DNA of 64,000 bases from Gemmatimonadota bacterium (lineage in GTDB: Bacteria; Gemmatimonadota; Gemmatimonadetes; Longimicrobiales; Gaopeijiaceae): contig JBDHHQ010000003.1 of NCBI GenBank assembly GCA_039589315.1, positions 110,886-174,885 on the forward strand, in the 5' to 3' direction. A program made the position numbers and the translations under genes. The notes below the pieces were generated by a model. The model worked only from the letters and a program-made list of their open reading frames with translations. It had not been told where the DNA came from and ran no database searches. Shown piece by piece: positions 8,937 to 18,234 of the stretch (within the stretch, counting starts at the first letter, position 1; every line of letters begins with the position of its first letter).

Positions 8937-11405
8937 GTGGCCGAATCCAACGATACCGGGGACCGGGGGGCGGCCGAGAACGCCCTGTCCGGGTCCCCCA
9001 CACCGCGCCGCGCAGACGACCCCGAAGCCCGAGCGCTCCGGGGGGGCGCGGAATCCGCGGCTGGGAGCGAGGGCGATGGGGCGCCTTCGCCCAGGCTACG
9101 CACCGACTTCGTGCGTGCCCAGGTCGAGGAGGACAACCGCACGGGCCTGTATGGTGGGAGGGTGCATACGCGGTTCCCGCCGGAGCCCAACGGATTCCTC
9201 CACATCGGTCACTCCAAGTCGATCTGCCTGAACTTCGGGATCGCGGAAGAGTACGGGGGCGCCTGCAATCTCCGCTTCGACGACACGAACCCGGAGACCG
9301 AGGACATGGCCTACGTCCGGGCCGCGGAGAAGGACATCCGCTGGCTGGGGTTCGAGTGGGACGGCCTCTTCTTCGCCAGCGACTACTTCGAGCAGCTCTA
9401 CGACTTCGCCGAGACGCTGATCCGCAAAGGCAAGGCCTACGTCGACAGCCTGACGGAGGAGGAAATCCGGGAACACCGCGGGACGGTGACGGAGCCGGGC
9501 CGTCCGAGTCCGTACCGGGATCGCTCGGTGGAGGAGAACCTGGACCTGTTCCGGCGCATGCGGGCCGGTGAGTACGAGGACGGAGCCCACGTGCTCCGGG
9601 CCAAGATCGACATGGCCTCGCCCAACATGATCATGCGCGACCCGGTGCTGTACCGGATCCGTCACGCGAGTCACTACCGGACCGCCGACGAGTGGTGCAT
9701 CTACCCGCTCTACGACTTCACCCACTGCCTCTCCGACGCCCTGGAAGACATCACCCACTCGGTGTGCACGCTCGAGTTCGAGAACAACCGGGAGCTGTAC
9801 GACTGGGTGCTGGACGAAGTGGGGTACACGGACCCCCGCCCCCATCAGTACGAGTTCAACCGGCTGAACCTGGACTACACCGTCACGAGCAAGCGCAAGC
9901 TCATTCCGCTGGTCGAGGAAGGGCGCGTCAGCGGTTGGGACGATCCGCGGATGTCCACCCTGGCCGCGTTTCGGCGGCGCGGGGTCACGCCTGAGGCCAT
10001 CCGGGCGTTTTGCGACATGATCGGCGTCGTCAAGAGCGACAGCCGTGAGGATCTGGCCAAGCTGGAGTACGCCATCCGCGACGATCTCAACCGGAAGGCC
10101 CCCCGCGTCATGGGCGTGCTCGAGCCGCTGCGCGTGGTCGTCACGACCTTCCCCGATGAAGAGACCGACTGGCTGGATGCGCCGTACTATCCCCGCGACG
10201 TACCGCTCGAGGGGTCCAGGAAGGTGCCGTTCACCCGGGAGATCCTCATCGAACGGTCGGACTTCCAGGAGGATCCTCCCAAGGGATGGCGCCGTCTGGC
10301 ACCGGGGTGGGAGGTGCGCCTTCGATACGGGTACGTCATCGAGTGCGAAGAAGTCGTGAAGGACGACAGTGGCCGCGTCGTGGAGCTCCGCTGCTCGCAC
10401 GACCCGGGGAGTCGGGGCGGCAGCGCGCCTGACGGGCGCAAGATCAAGGGAACGATCCACTGGGTGTCCGCCGACCACGCCCTCCCCGCCGAAGTGAGGC
10501 TCTACGACCGGCTGTTCACCGAGCCGGATCCCCAGGCGGGCCCCGAGGGCACCGACCTCAGCGACTTCGTGAACCCCGAGTCCCTGGTGGTGGCGGCAGG
10601 CGCCCGGCTGGAGCCGAGCATTGCCGAAGACGATCCGGATACCCGGTACCAGTTCGAGCGTTTGGGCTACTTCTGGCGAGACCCAGTGGACTCGACGGCC
10701 GACGCTCTCGTGTTCAATCGGATCGTTACGCTGCGCGATACGTGGGCCAAGCGGGCCACCCAGGTACCGGAGCCCACCGCCCCGACGAAGCGGACGGAGG
10801 GCGGTACCGCACCACGGACCGAGGCGGGCGCTTCCCGACGGCCGTCGCCTCCGACCCTGGGGCCAGAGGGACAGGCCCGCTTCGACAGATTCAGGGGCGA
10901 GCTCGGCGTCTCCCACGACGATGCCCGCGGCCTGGCGGCCAACCCCGTCCTTTCGCGCTATCTCGACGAGGCGGTGGACGCCGGGGCCCCGGCCCCCGCC
11001 GCGGCGAGGTGGCTGGTGAACGAGCTTCTACGGGAAGCCAAGGACACGCCCCTCGAATCGTTGCCGGTGAGCGGGGTGAACGTGGCCGAGCTGCTCTCGC
11101 TCGTGGCCGATGGCACCCTGTCCGTGGGTATCGCCCGAGAGGTGTTCGCCGACATGGTCGGAGGCGGCGGACGCCCGTTCGATATCGTGGAGCGGCGAGG
11201 CCTGCGCCAGATTTCCGACGACGACGCCCTGTCTCCCCTCATCGCCACGGTCGTGGACGAGCACCCCGACGAGGTCCGACGCTACCGGGAAGGCAAGTCG
11301 GCCCTGCTGGGGTTTTTCGTGGGCAAGGTCATGCGAGGCTCCGGTGGCAAGGCCAACCCCGAGCGCGTGCGGGCTCTGCTCGCGCGGGCGCTGGAGGAGG
11401 TCTAG
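8937..11405 (+). CDS. glnS: Glutamine--tRNA ligase with C-terminal GatB/YqeY domain
   Basis: RFPPEPNGFLHIGH, LRFDDTNP, TSKRKL, GWDDPRM, QFERLGYF; C-terminal GatB/YqeY-like GFFVGKVMRGSGGKANP. Start is uncertain (GTG 8937 or ATG 8907). Confidence 0.95.
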   Translation: MAESNDTGDRGAAENALSGSPTPRRADDPEARALRGGAESAAGSEGDGAPSPRLRTDFVRAQVEEDNRTGLYGGRVHTRFPPEPNGFLHIGHSKSICLNFGIAEEYGGACNLRFDDTNPETEDMAYVRAAEKDIRWLGFEWDGLFFASDYFEQLYDFAETLIRKGKAYVDSLTEEEIREHRGTVTEPGRPSPYRDRSVEENLDLFRRMRAGEYEDGAHVLRAKIDMASPNMIMRDPVLYRIRHASHYRTADEWCIYPLYDFTHCLSDALEDITHSVCTLEFENNRELYDWVLDEVGYTDPRPHQYEFNRLNLDYTVTSKRKLIPLVEEGRVSGWDDPRMSTLAAFRRRGVTPEAIRAFCDMIGVVKSDSREDLAKLEYAIRDDLNRKAPRVMGVLEPLRVVVTTFPDEETDWLDAPYYPRDVPLEGSRKVPFTREILIERSDFQEDPPKGWRRLAPGWEVRLRYGYVIECEEVVKDDSGRVVELRCSHDPGSRGGSAPDGRKIKGTIHWVSADHALPAEVRLYDRLFTEPDPQAGPEGTDLSDFVNPESLVVAAGARLEPSIAEDDPDTRYQFERLGYFWRDPVDSTADALVFNRIVTLRDTWAKRATQVPEPTAPTKRTEGGTAPRTEAGASRRPSPPTLGPEGQARFDRFRGELGVSHDDARGLAANPVLSRYLDEAVDAGAPAPAAARWLVNELLREAKDTPLESLPVSGVNVAELLSLVADGTLSVGIAREVFADMVGGGGRPFDIVERRGLRQISDDDALSPLIATVVDEHPDEVRRYREGKSALLGFFVGKVMRGSGGKANPERVRALLARALEEV

Positions 11406-11566
11406 ACGCACCTGCGCGCATCTCCTCTCTGCGCGCCGGGCCGGGCCGTCCGTCCACCTCAGCCGGTCCGGGCGTGGCGGCGAACGCCCGAGGGCGCGGG
11501 CACGGCCCTCGTCGCCAGGGGTATATTCGGGAGTCAGCAGCGATTCCCAGGGAGGGCACGGGAACG

Positions 11567-12532
11567 ATGGCCAACCCCGCCTATCTCGCCCTTGGCAGTG
11601 CGGAGCTCCGACGCCGAGCCGATGAGGCCCTAGCCGCTCTGGCCGACTGTCGCCTTTGCCCCCGCGACTGCGGCGTCGACCGGCTGCGCGGCAAGTGGGC
11701 CGCCTGCAAGACCGGCCGCTACGCGGTCGTGAGCAGCGCGTTCCCCCACCTCGGCGAGGAGGACTGCCTGCGCGGTTGGAACGGATCCGGCACGATCTTC
11801 TTCGCCCACTGCAATCTGCGCTGCGTCTTCTGCCAGAACTACGACATCTCCCAGGGCGTTCGGCCCGGCCGACCCGAGGGAGGCACGCCGCCCGAGGCCA
11901 TCGCGGCCGCCATGTTGTCGCTGCAAGCCCAGGGCTGCCACAACATCAACTTCGTCACTCCGGAGCACGTGGTACCCCAGGTGCTGGAGGCCCTCGTGTC
12001 CGCCGTGGACGGAGGGCTCCGGCTCCCCATCGTCTACAACACCAGTGCCTACGACGCCCTGGAGAGCCTGGACTGGCTGGACGGGGTCGTGGATGTCTAC
12101 ATGCCCGACTTCAAGCTGTGGAGCGCCTCGGCCAGCCGCACCTACCTGAAGGCCGAAGACTACCCCGAGGCCGCCCGAGCTGCCATTCGTGCGATGCACC
12201 GGCAGGTGGGTCCCCTGGTCATCGACGCCGATGGACTCGCGTCTCGAGGGCTGCTGATCCGCCACCTGGTCATGCCGGGCCTTTTGGCCGAGACGCGGGC
12301 CATCCTGGAGTGGATCGCCGGGCAGCTGGGCCCCGGCACGTACGTGAATCTGATGGATCAGTACTACCCTGCAGGGAAGGTGTCGAAGCACGCCTACCCG
12401 GAGATCGACCGACGTCTCGAGAGCACGGAGCTCGACCAGGCACGAGCGATGGCCCAGGAGTTGGGCCTGGGGAGGCTGGACGAGCGGCGTCCCCATCCGT
12501 CGCTGCGAGCCCGACGCTGGATCGCTATGTGA
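11567..12532 (+). CDS. PflX-like radical SAM protein
   Basis: CRLCPRDC, HLGEE, GSGTIFF, CNLRCVFCQN (CxxxCxxC), NINFVTP, YMPDFK, RHLVMP. Confidence 0.9.
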   Translation: MANPAYLALGSAELRRRADEALAALADCRLCPRDCGVDRLRGKWAACKTGRYAVVSSAFPHLGEEDCLRGWNGSGTIFFAHCNLRCVFCQNYDISQGVRPGRPEGGTPPEAIAAAMLSLQAQGCHNINFVTPEHVVPQVLEALVSAVDGGLRLPIVYNTSAYDALESLDWLDGVVDVYMPDFKLWSASASRTYLKAEDYPEAARAAIRAMHRQVGPLVIDADGLASRGLLIRHLVMPGLLAETRAILEWIAGQLGPGTYVNLMDQYYPAGKVSKHAYPEIDRRLESTELDQARAMAQELGLGRLDERRPHPSLRARRWIAM

Positions 12533-12575
12533 GTCGACCGGCGAAATCTACCATGTCCTGCCAACCGCCCCACCC

Positions 12576-13691
12576 ATGACATCGAGAGCCACGACCTTCG
12601 AGGGCGCCCACCCGACGCGGTACTGGCATCGTCTCGACGACGGGCGCACCGAGTGCGACCTCTGCCCTCGAACATGCCGGCTCCGGGAGGGACAGCGCGG
12701 ACTGTGCTTCGTACGTGCCTGCCAAGACGGACGGATCGTCCTCACCACGTACGGTCGATCCAGCGGGTTCTGCGTCGATCCCATCGAGAAGAAGCCGCTG
12801 AGCCACTTCTTGCCGGGGACGCCTGTGCTGTCCTTCGGCACGGCAGGCTGCAACCTCCAGTGCGCATTCTGCCAGAACTGGTCCATCTCCAAGTCGCGGG
12901 ACGTGGACACGCTGGCCGACCGTGCGCTACCCGAGACGGTGGCCAGAGCCGCGGCCGAGCTCGGCTGCCGGAGCGTCGCCTACACCTACAACGACCCGAT
13001 CATCTTCCACGAGTACGCCATCGACGTGGCGAGGGCCTGCCGGGAGCGGGGCGTCCAGTCGGTGGCGGTGACCGCAGGATACGTGAATCCGAAGCCCAGA
13101 GCCGAGTTCTACCGATACATGGACGGGGTCAACGTCGACCTGAAGGCCTTTTCCGAAGACTTCTATCGCAGGATCTGCAAGGGCCGCCTCGCTCCGGTCC
13201 TCGAAACGCTCCGGTACCTCAAGCACGAGACGGCGGTCTGGCTGGAGATCACCAACCTCGTGATCCCGGGCGAGAACGACGAGGACGACGAATTCGACGC
13301 CATGAGCCGGTGGGTCGTGGCGGAGCTCGGCCCTGACGTGCCCCTGCACTTCACCGCGTTCCACCCCGACTTTCGCATGCTCGACCACCCCCGCACCCCA
13401 CCGGCCACCCTCATGCGGGCACGGCAGATCGCCCTGGCGAACGGCGTCCGCCATGCCTACACGGGCAACGTCCGCGACCCGGACGGCCAGAGCACGTTCT
13501 GCCACGTCTGCGGTCAGGTCCTCATCGGCCGAGACGGCTACCGGATTTCCGAGTGGAATCTGTACGGTGAGGGGGCGTGTCGCGGCTGCGGCACGGCGTG
13601 TGCGGGCGTCTTCGAAGGCGCTCCGGGAGAGTGGGGAGCGAGGCGGCTGCCGGTGTGGCTAGCGAGCTTCCGAAGGGAATCGTCGGCGTAG
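12576..13691 (+). CDS. amrS: AmmeMemoRadiSam system radical SAM enzyme
   Basis: CDLCPRTC, VDPIEKKPLSHFLPG, GCNLQCAFCQNW, AYTYNDP, PLHFTAFHPDF, C-terminal CxxC...CxxC. Confidence 0.9.
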   Translation: MTSRATTFEGAHPTRYWHRLDDGRTECDLCPRTCRLREGQRGLCFVRACQDGRIVLTTYGRSSGFCVDPIEKKPLSHFLPGTPVLSFGTAGCNLQCAFCQNWSISKSRDVDTLADRALPETVARAAAELGCRSVAYTYNDPIIFHEYAIDVARACRERGVQSVAVTAGYVNPKPRAEFYRYMDGVNVDLKAFSEDFYRRICKGRLAPVLETLRYLKHETAVWLEITNLVIPGENDEDDEFDAMSRWVVAELGPDVPLHFTAFHPDFRMLDHPRTPPATLMRARQIALANGVRHAYTGNVRDPDGQSTFCHVCGQVLIGRDGYRISEWNLYGEGACRGCGTACAGVFEGAPGEWGARRLPVWLASFRRESSA

Positions 13692-13722
13692 GGCTCGCCG
13701 GAGGATCGTCCGCAGCGGCGAT

Positions 13723-14343
13723 TCATGTCCTGCTCTTTTGTCGAGACGCACGCGCCCCCCCGAACACCCGCGTCACCACCGCCCGCATCCGCGCCGTGTG
13801 CGAGCCCTCCCAGTAGATCCGTTCGCACTCGGGGCATTGAACGAAGGAGGCTTCCCGTTCGAGAACCCTCGCGGGCACCCTTCGCTCCACGGCCTCCGGG
13901 TCGGCCCGCACGAGAACGCCATTGCACACGCGGCACCGGGTGAAGAGGCGAACGGGCGCCTCCAGGCCGAACGCGGCCGCCACCTCGACGAGTTGATCGA
14001 GCGGCTTGTCGGCCTCGACAACCAGGCACCCCTCGACCCGCCATTCCTCCGGGAGCTTCCGGTCCCGGGTCAGGATGTACCGCCCCTCCACCAGCGCCCG
14101 CCTCACGAGCTCGGCGTCTGGGATCCGGTCGTCGTAGGCCGTGTCGAACCCCAGCGTCCGCAGCCAGCGAGCCAGACGGCCGAGCATGGCGTCGGCGAAG
14201 AAACGAGGTCGGTCCGCGGTGATGGGCGGACCCAGACGTTGCTCCAGACCCACCCGGGCGCCGCACGTGCATTGGATCGTACGGCCGAACTGGAACAGGG
14301 TGACGTCGTACTGGCGGCCGCAGCCGGAACACCGAATGGCCAT
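13723..14343 (-). CDS. Mut7-C RNase (PIN) domain protein with N-terminal Zn-ribbon
   Basis: FFADAMLGRLARWLRTLGFD, ILTRDR, TRCRVCNG, CPECERIYWEGSH; N-terminal CSGC...CTC. Confidence 0.88.
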   Translation of the reverse strand: MAIRCSGCGRQYDVTLFQFGRTIQCTCGARVGLEQRLGPPITADRPRFFADAMLGRLARWLRTLGFDTAYDDRIPDAELVRRALVEGRYILTRDRKLPEEWRVEGCLVVEADKPLDQLVEVAAAFGLEAPVRLFTRCRVCNGVLVRADPEAVERRVPARVLEREASFVQCPECERIYWEGSHTARMRAVVTRVFGGARASRQKSRT

Positions 14344-14741
14344 GACGGTGGGTCTCAGGAGGAGCCGTGGCGCAGGGAAGGCGTGTGGGCCCCGGGGCCC
14401 ATGGCCCTGCCCGCCACGTAGCAATAGCCTCGGCCGGCCCGCCGGTCCAACGCTCCTGGTGACCCACGCGGCCGGCCGGCCCGGCGCCGACTCCGCGACC
14501 GTCGTGCCCGACCGTCGCGAGCGCGAGCTCGATCGGCACGCCGAGCCCGGCGGCGTCTCGAGGGGGCTGGACGTCCCACGCGCTCCGCCTTGCCGGCGCC
14601 CGAGCGTCACCCTAGGCTGCCGTCCGGGAACCGGAGCCGAGAGCTCCAGGTCCACGGAAGGCCCGGATAGCTGGTCCCGAGCCGGCCCCGCGTGCATCGG
14701 GCCGCGGGCGCATGATTCCACGAAAAGCCGAATTCGCGCAT

Positions 14742-15377
14742 ATGAGGATCGCAGTGCTTGGCGCCGGAAACGTCGGTGGCACACTCGGCCGGGCGTGGCT
14801 GGGCGCCGGTCACGAGGTCGTCTTCGGCGTGCGCGACGCCGGCAGCGTGAAGGAGAAGGCCCTCGCGGCAGAGACGGGAGCGGTGGTCGTGGGCTTGGCC
14901 GAGGCGGTGGAGGGAGCGGACGTCGTGGTCCTCGCGATTCCCTTCCGGGCGGTGGGCGGTGTGCTCGAGAAGACCGGTCCGCTGCACGGGAAGGTCGTGG
15001 TCGACACCACGAACCACCTCGACTGGACCTACGGCCTTCGTGTGGCCACGGAGCGGTCCGCGGCCGAGGAGATCCAGGACATGATCCCCACGGCCAGGAT
15101 CGTGAAGGCGTTCAACACGATCGGCCACGAGCACATGGCCGACCCCCTGTTCGGTGACGTACCGGCGGACATGTTCGTGTGCGGGAACGACGAGGCGGCC
15201 CGATCGCGGGTCATGGGATTGGCCCAGGACATCGGCTTCGAGCCCGTGGACGCCGGAGGACTGAGCCATGCTCGGGCCCTGGAGCACCTTGCTGTGCTCT
15301 GGATCTTCCTCTCCACGTCCGGTGCCCAAGGCCGCGACATCGCCTTCAAGCTGTTGCGGACGAAGGCATCGCCGTGA
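14742..15377 (+). CDS. NADPH-dependent F420 reductase-like / dinucleotide-binding oxidoreductase (COG2085)
   Basis: MRIAVLGAGNVG Rossmann motif, VVDTTN, IVKAFNT, DAGGLSHARALE. Confidence 0.85.
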   Translation: MRIAVLGAGNVGGTLGRAWLGAGHEVVFGVRDAGSVKEKALAAETGAVVVGLAEAVEGADVVVLAIPFRAVGGVLEKTGPLHGKVVVDTTNHLDWTYGLRVATERSAAEEIQDMIPTARIVKAFNTIGHEHMADPLFGDVPADMFVCGNDEAARSRVMGLAQDIGFEPVDAGGLSHARALEHLAVLWIFLSTSGAQGRDIAFKLLRTKASP

Positions 15378-15426
15378 CTCATCCCGCGACCCGCGCACGC
15401 GGGTGACGAGGCACTGACCAACGAGC

Positions 15427-16620
15427 ATGCTGCTGCCCACGCCCTTCCACTCTCGGACTTCCGCCCTTTGTAGGAGCGCCAGGTGGCGCAACTGGTCGGG
15501 CTACGCGTCGGTCGTCGCGTACGAAGCGACGCACGAGTACGAGTACTACGCGGTGCGCAACGGGTCGGCGCTCTTCGACGTGTCGCCGCTCCGCAAGTAC
15601 GAGATCGGCGGACCGGACGCCGCCCTACTGGTGAGCCGGATAATCACGCGGGACCCGACCCGGTGTCGAGTGGGGCAGGTGCTCTACACCACCTGGTGCG
15701 ATGAAGCCGGGAAGATGATCGACGACGGCACCGTCCAGCGATTGGAGCCGGACCTGTTCCGGATCACCTCCGCCGACCCGAATCTCCGGTGGTTCCAGGA
15801 CTGCGGTCTCGGGATGGACGCCACCACTCGGGACGTCACCGTGGATCTGGCGGCCCTGGCGCTGCAAGGCCCGACCTCCCGGGAGATCCTGAAGAGCCTG
15901 GTCACGGGAGTGGACCTCGACGCCCTCCGCTTCTTCCACCTGGCAGACGGGACCGTCGGGCAGATCCCCGTTACCGTGTCCCGGACCGGCTACACCGGCG
16001 ATCTGGGCTACGAGCTATGGGTCGCGCCGACCCACGCCGAGGCGCTTTGGGACGCCCTGATGGAGGCGGGGCGCGGTTACGGGATCGCCCCGGCCGGGCT
16101 GGACGCGCTGGACATCGCCCGCATCGAAGCGGCGCTGATCCTCAAGGAGGTCGACTACGTCTCCACCACGACAGCGTTGATCGAATCGAGGAAGTCCTCA
16201 CCCTTCGAAGCCGGCCTGGGGTGGACAGTGCAGCCCGGCGGGAGAGCGGGCTTCGTCGGCGCACGGGCGCTACGGGCCGAGGCGGAGAGCCCCTCGAGGT
16301 GGGCCCTGGCCGGTATCGAGGTGGATTGGCCGGCCATCGAGAAGTTGTTCAATGCGGTCAACTTGCCTCCGCTCGTAGCCGGTGCGGCGTCTCGCGCCGC
16401 CGTACCGCTGTACGGCCGGGGACGGCAGATCGGCTACGCCACCAGCTCGACGTTTTCGCCCATCCTCAAACGGTACGTCGCGCTGGCAACGATCGAGCGC
16501 GACTTCGCCACACCGGGCTCGCGCATCGACTTCGAGCTCACGGTGGAGTTCGCACGCCACAAGGTGCCGGCCCGCGTCGTCGACACTCCCTTCTTCGATC
16601 CCGAGCGGAAGCGAGCGTAG
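15427..16620 (+). CDS. Aminomethyltransferase (GcvT-like) family protein
   Basis: TPFH, LFDVSPL, GPDA, DDGT, ALQGP, SRTGYTGDLGYEL, ARIEAA, C-terminal PFFDPERKRA. Confidence 0.88.
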   Translation: MLLPTPFHSRTSALCRSARWRNWSGYASVVAYEATHEYEYYAVRNGSALFDVSPLRKYEIGGPDAALLVSRIITRDPTRCRVGQVLYTTWCDEAGKMIDDGTVQRLEPDLFRITSADPNLRWFQDCGLGMDATTRDVTVDLAALALQGPTSREILKSLVTGVDLDALRFFHLADGTVGQIPVTVSRTGYTGDLGYELWVAPTHAEALWDALMEAGRGYGIAPAGLDALDIARIEAALILKEVDYVSTTTALIESRKSSPFEAGLGWTVQPGGRAGFVGARALRAEAESPSRWALAGIEVDWPAIEKLFNAVNLPPLVAGAASRAAVPLYGRGRQIGYATSSTFSPILKRYVALATIERDFATPGSRIDFELTVEFARHKVPARVVDTPFFDPERKRA

Positions 16621-16622
16621 CC

Positions 16623-18230
16623 GTGGCCCACAGGTATGACGCCATCGTGATCGGGGCCGGACACAACGGGCTGGTGCACGCGGCGTATCTGGCCCGGGCA
16701 GGACTCGACGTGCTGGTGCTGGAGCGCCGCCACCTCGTGGGGGGCGCCACCGTCACCGAGGAGCTGTTTCCCGGCTTCAAGTACAGCGTGTACTCCTACG
16801 TGGTCAGCCTGATGCGGCCGGACATCATTCGGGAGCTCGACCTCCCTCGGCACGGGCTCACCATCCTTCCCCTGGAGAGCACGCTGACGCCGCTGCCGGA
16901 CGGCGACTGCCTGTACCGCGACGCCGACCGCTACCGCACGTGGCGCGATATCGCTCGCTTCTCGGTGCGCGACGCGGAGGCGTACGAGGAGTACGGCCGG
17001 ACCCTCTTCTTCATGGCTCGGGCCGTCAAGTACCTGCTGGGGATCGCGCCCCCTGATCCGACCCGGGTCCGCCCGAAAGACCTGTCGGGGATGCTGGGCC
17101 TCGCGAGGCACATGCTGGGTCTGCGCAAGGACGAGCTCCACGCGCTGGTCAAGCTCATGACCATGAGCGCAGCCGACTTCCTGGACGAGTGGTTCGAGAC
17201 CGACGTGCTCAAGGCCACCCTGTCGGCCAGCGGCATCATCGGCACGTTCCTGGGACCCCGGTCCCCGGGGACGGCCTACGTGCTCCTTCACCACTACATG
17301 GGCGAGATCGACGGGCATTTTCGGGCGTGGGGCTTCGCCAAGGGCGGAACGGGCGCACTGGCGAATGCCGTGGCGGGAGCCGCCCGTGAGCTGGGTGTGG
17401 AGGTGCGCACGGACTCACCCGTAGCCCACGTGGTGGTACGGAACGGCCGCGCCACGGGCGTGGCTCTGGAGAACGGCGACGTGCTCGAGGCGAAGATCGT
17501 CTCCTCGAGCCTCGATCCCCGGCAGACCTTCCTGAGGCTGTTGGACGCCTCCGTGCTCCCTGACGAACTGGTGACCGCCGTCGGCAAGTTCAAGTTCCGG
17601 GGCTCGTCGGGGAAGGTGAACCTGGCTTTGGACGCGGCGCCGGACCTGGCCTGCCTGCCCGGCCACGGTCCGCATCTTCGGGGCGCCATCTCCATCAGCC
17701 CCTCCGTCGATTACCTGGAGCGGGCCTACGACGACGCCAAGTACGGTGACTTTTCCCGCGCGCCCTACATGGACGTCATCATCCCGTCGATGATCGACCC
17801 GGAGATGGCTCCCCCCGGCAAGCACGTCATGTCGTGCTTCGTGCAGTACGCGCCCTACGAGCTGCGCGAGGGAACCTGGGAAGAGAAACGAGAGGCGTTC
17901 GGCGACACGGTGATCGATACGCTGTCCCGCTACATGCCGAAGCTGAAGGAGATCATCCTGCATCGTCAGGTGGTGACGCCCTGGGACATCGAGCAGACGG
18001 TGGGTCTCTCGCAAGGCAACATCTTCCAGGGCGAGCTGAGCCTGTCGCAGCTCTTCTTCCTGCGACCCGCCCCGGGCCACGCCGAGTATCGGACGCCGGT
18101 GCGCGGCTACTACCAATGCGGCTCGGGCACCCACCCCGGGGGCGGCATCATGGGGGCGCCGGGGCGCCTCTCGGCCACCGCTGTACTCAGGGACCTGCGC
18201 CGGCCAGGGGGCCGCAAAGGCCAGACGTGA
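16623..18230 (+). CDS. FAD-dependent oxidoreductase, phytoene desaturase-like family (COG1233), paralogue 1
   Basis: GTG start 2 nt after the upstream stop; YDAIVIGAGHNGL, LERR..VGGA, GGTGAL, YQCGSGTHPGGGIMGAPG. Confidence 0.9.
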   Translation: MAHRYDAIVIGAGHNGLVHAAYLARAGLDVLVLERRHLVGGATVTEELFPGFKYSVYSYVVSLMRPDIIRELDLPRHGLTILPLESTLTPLPDGDCLYRDADRYRTWRDIARFSVRDAEAYEEYGRTLFFMARAVKYLLGIAPPDPTRVRPKDLSGMLGLARHMLGLRKDELHALVKLMTMSAADFLDEWFETDVLKATLSASGIIGTFLGPRSPGTAYVLLHHYMGEIDGHFRAWGFAKGGTGALANAVAGAARELGVEVRTDSPVAHVVVRNGRATGVALENGDVLEAKIVSSSLDPRQTFLRLLDASVLPDELVTAVGKFKFRGSSGKVNLALDAAPDLACLPGHGPHLRGAISISPSVDYLERAYDDAKYGDFSRAPYMDVIIPSMIDPEMAPPGKHVMSCFVQYAPYELREGTWEEKREAFGDTVIDTLSRYMPKLKEIILHRQVVTPWDIEQTVGLSQGNIFQGELSLSQLFFLRPAPGHAEYRTPVRGYYQCGSGTHPGGGIMGAPGRLSATAVLRDLRRPGGRKGQT

Positions 18231-18234
18231 GCCC

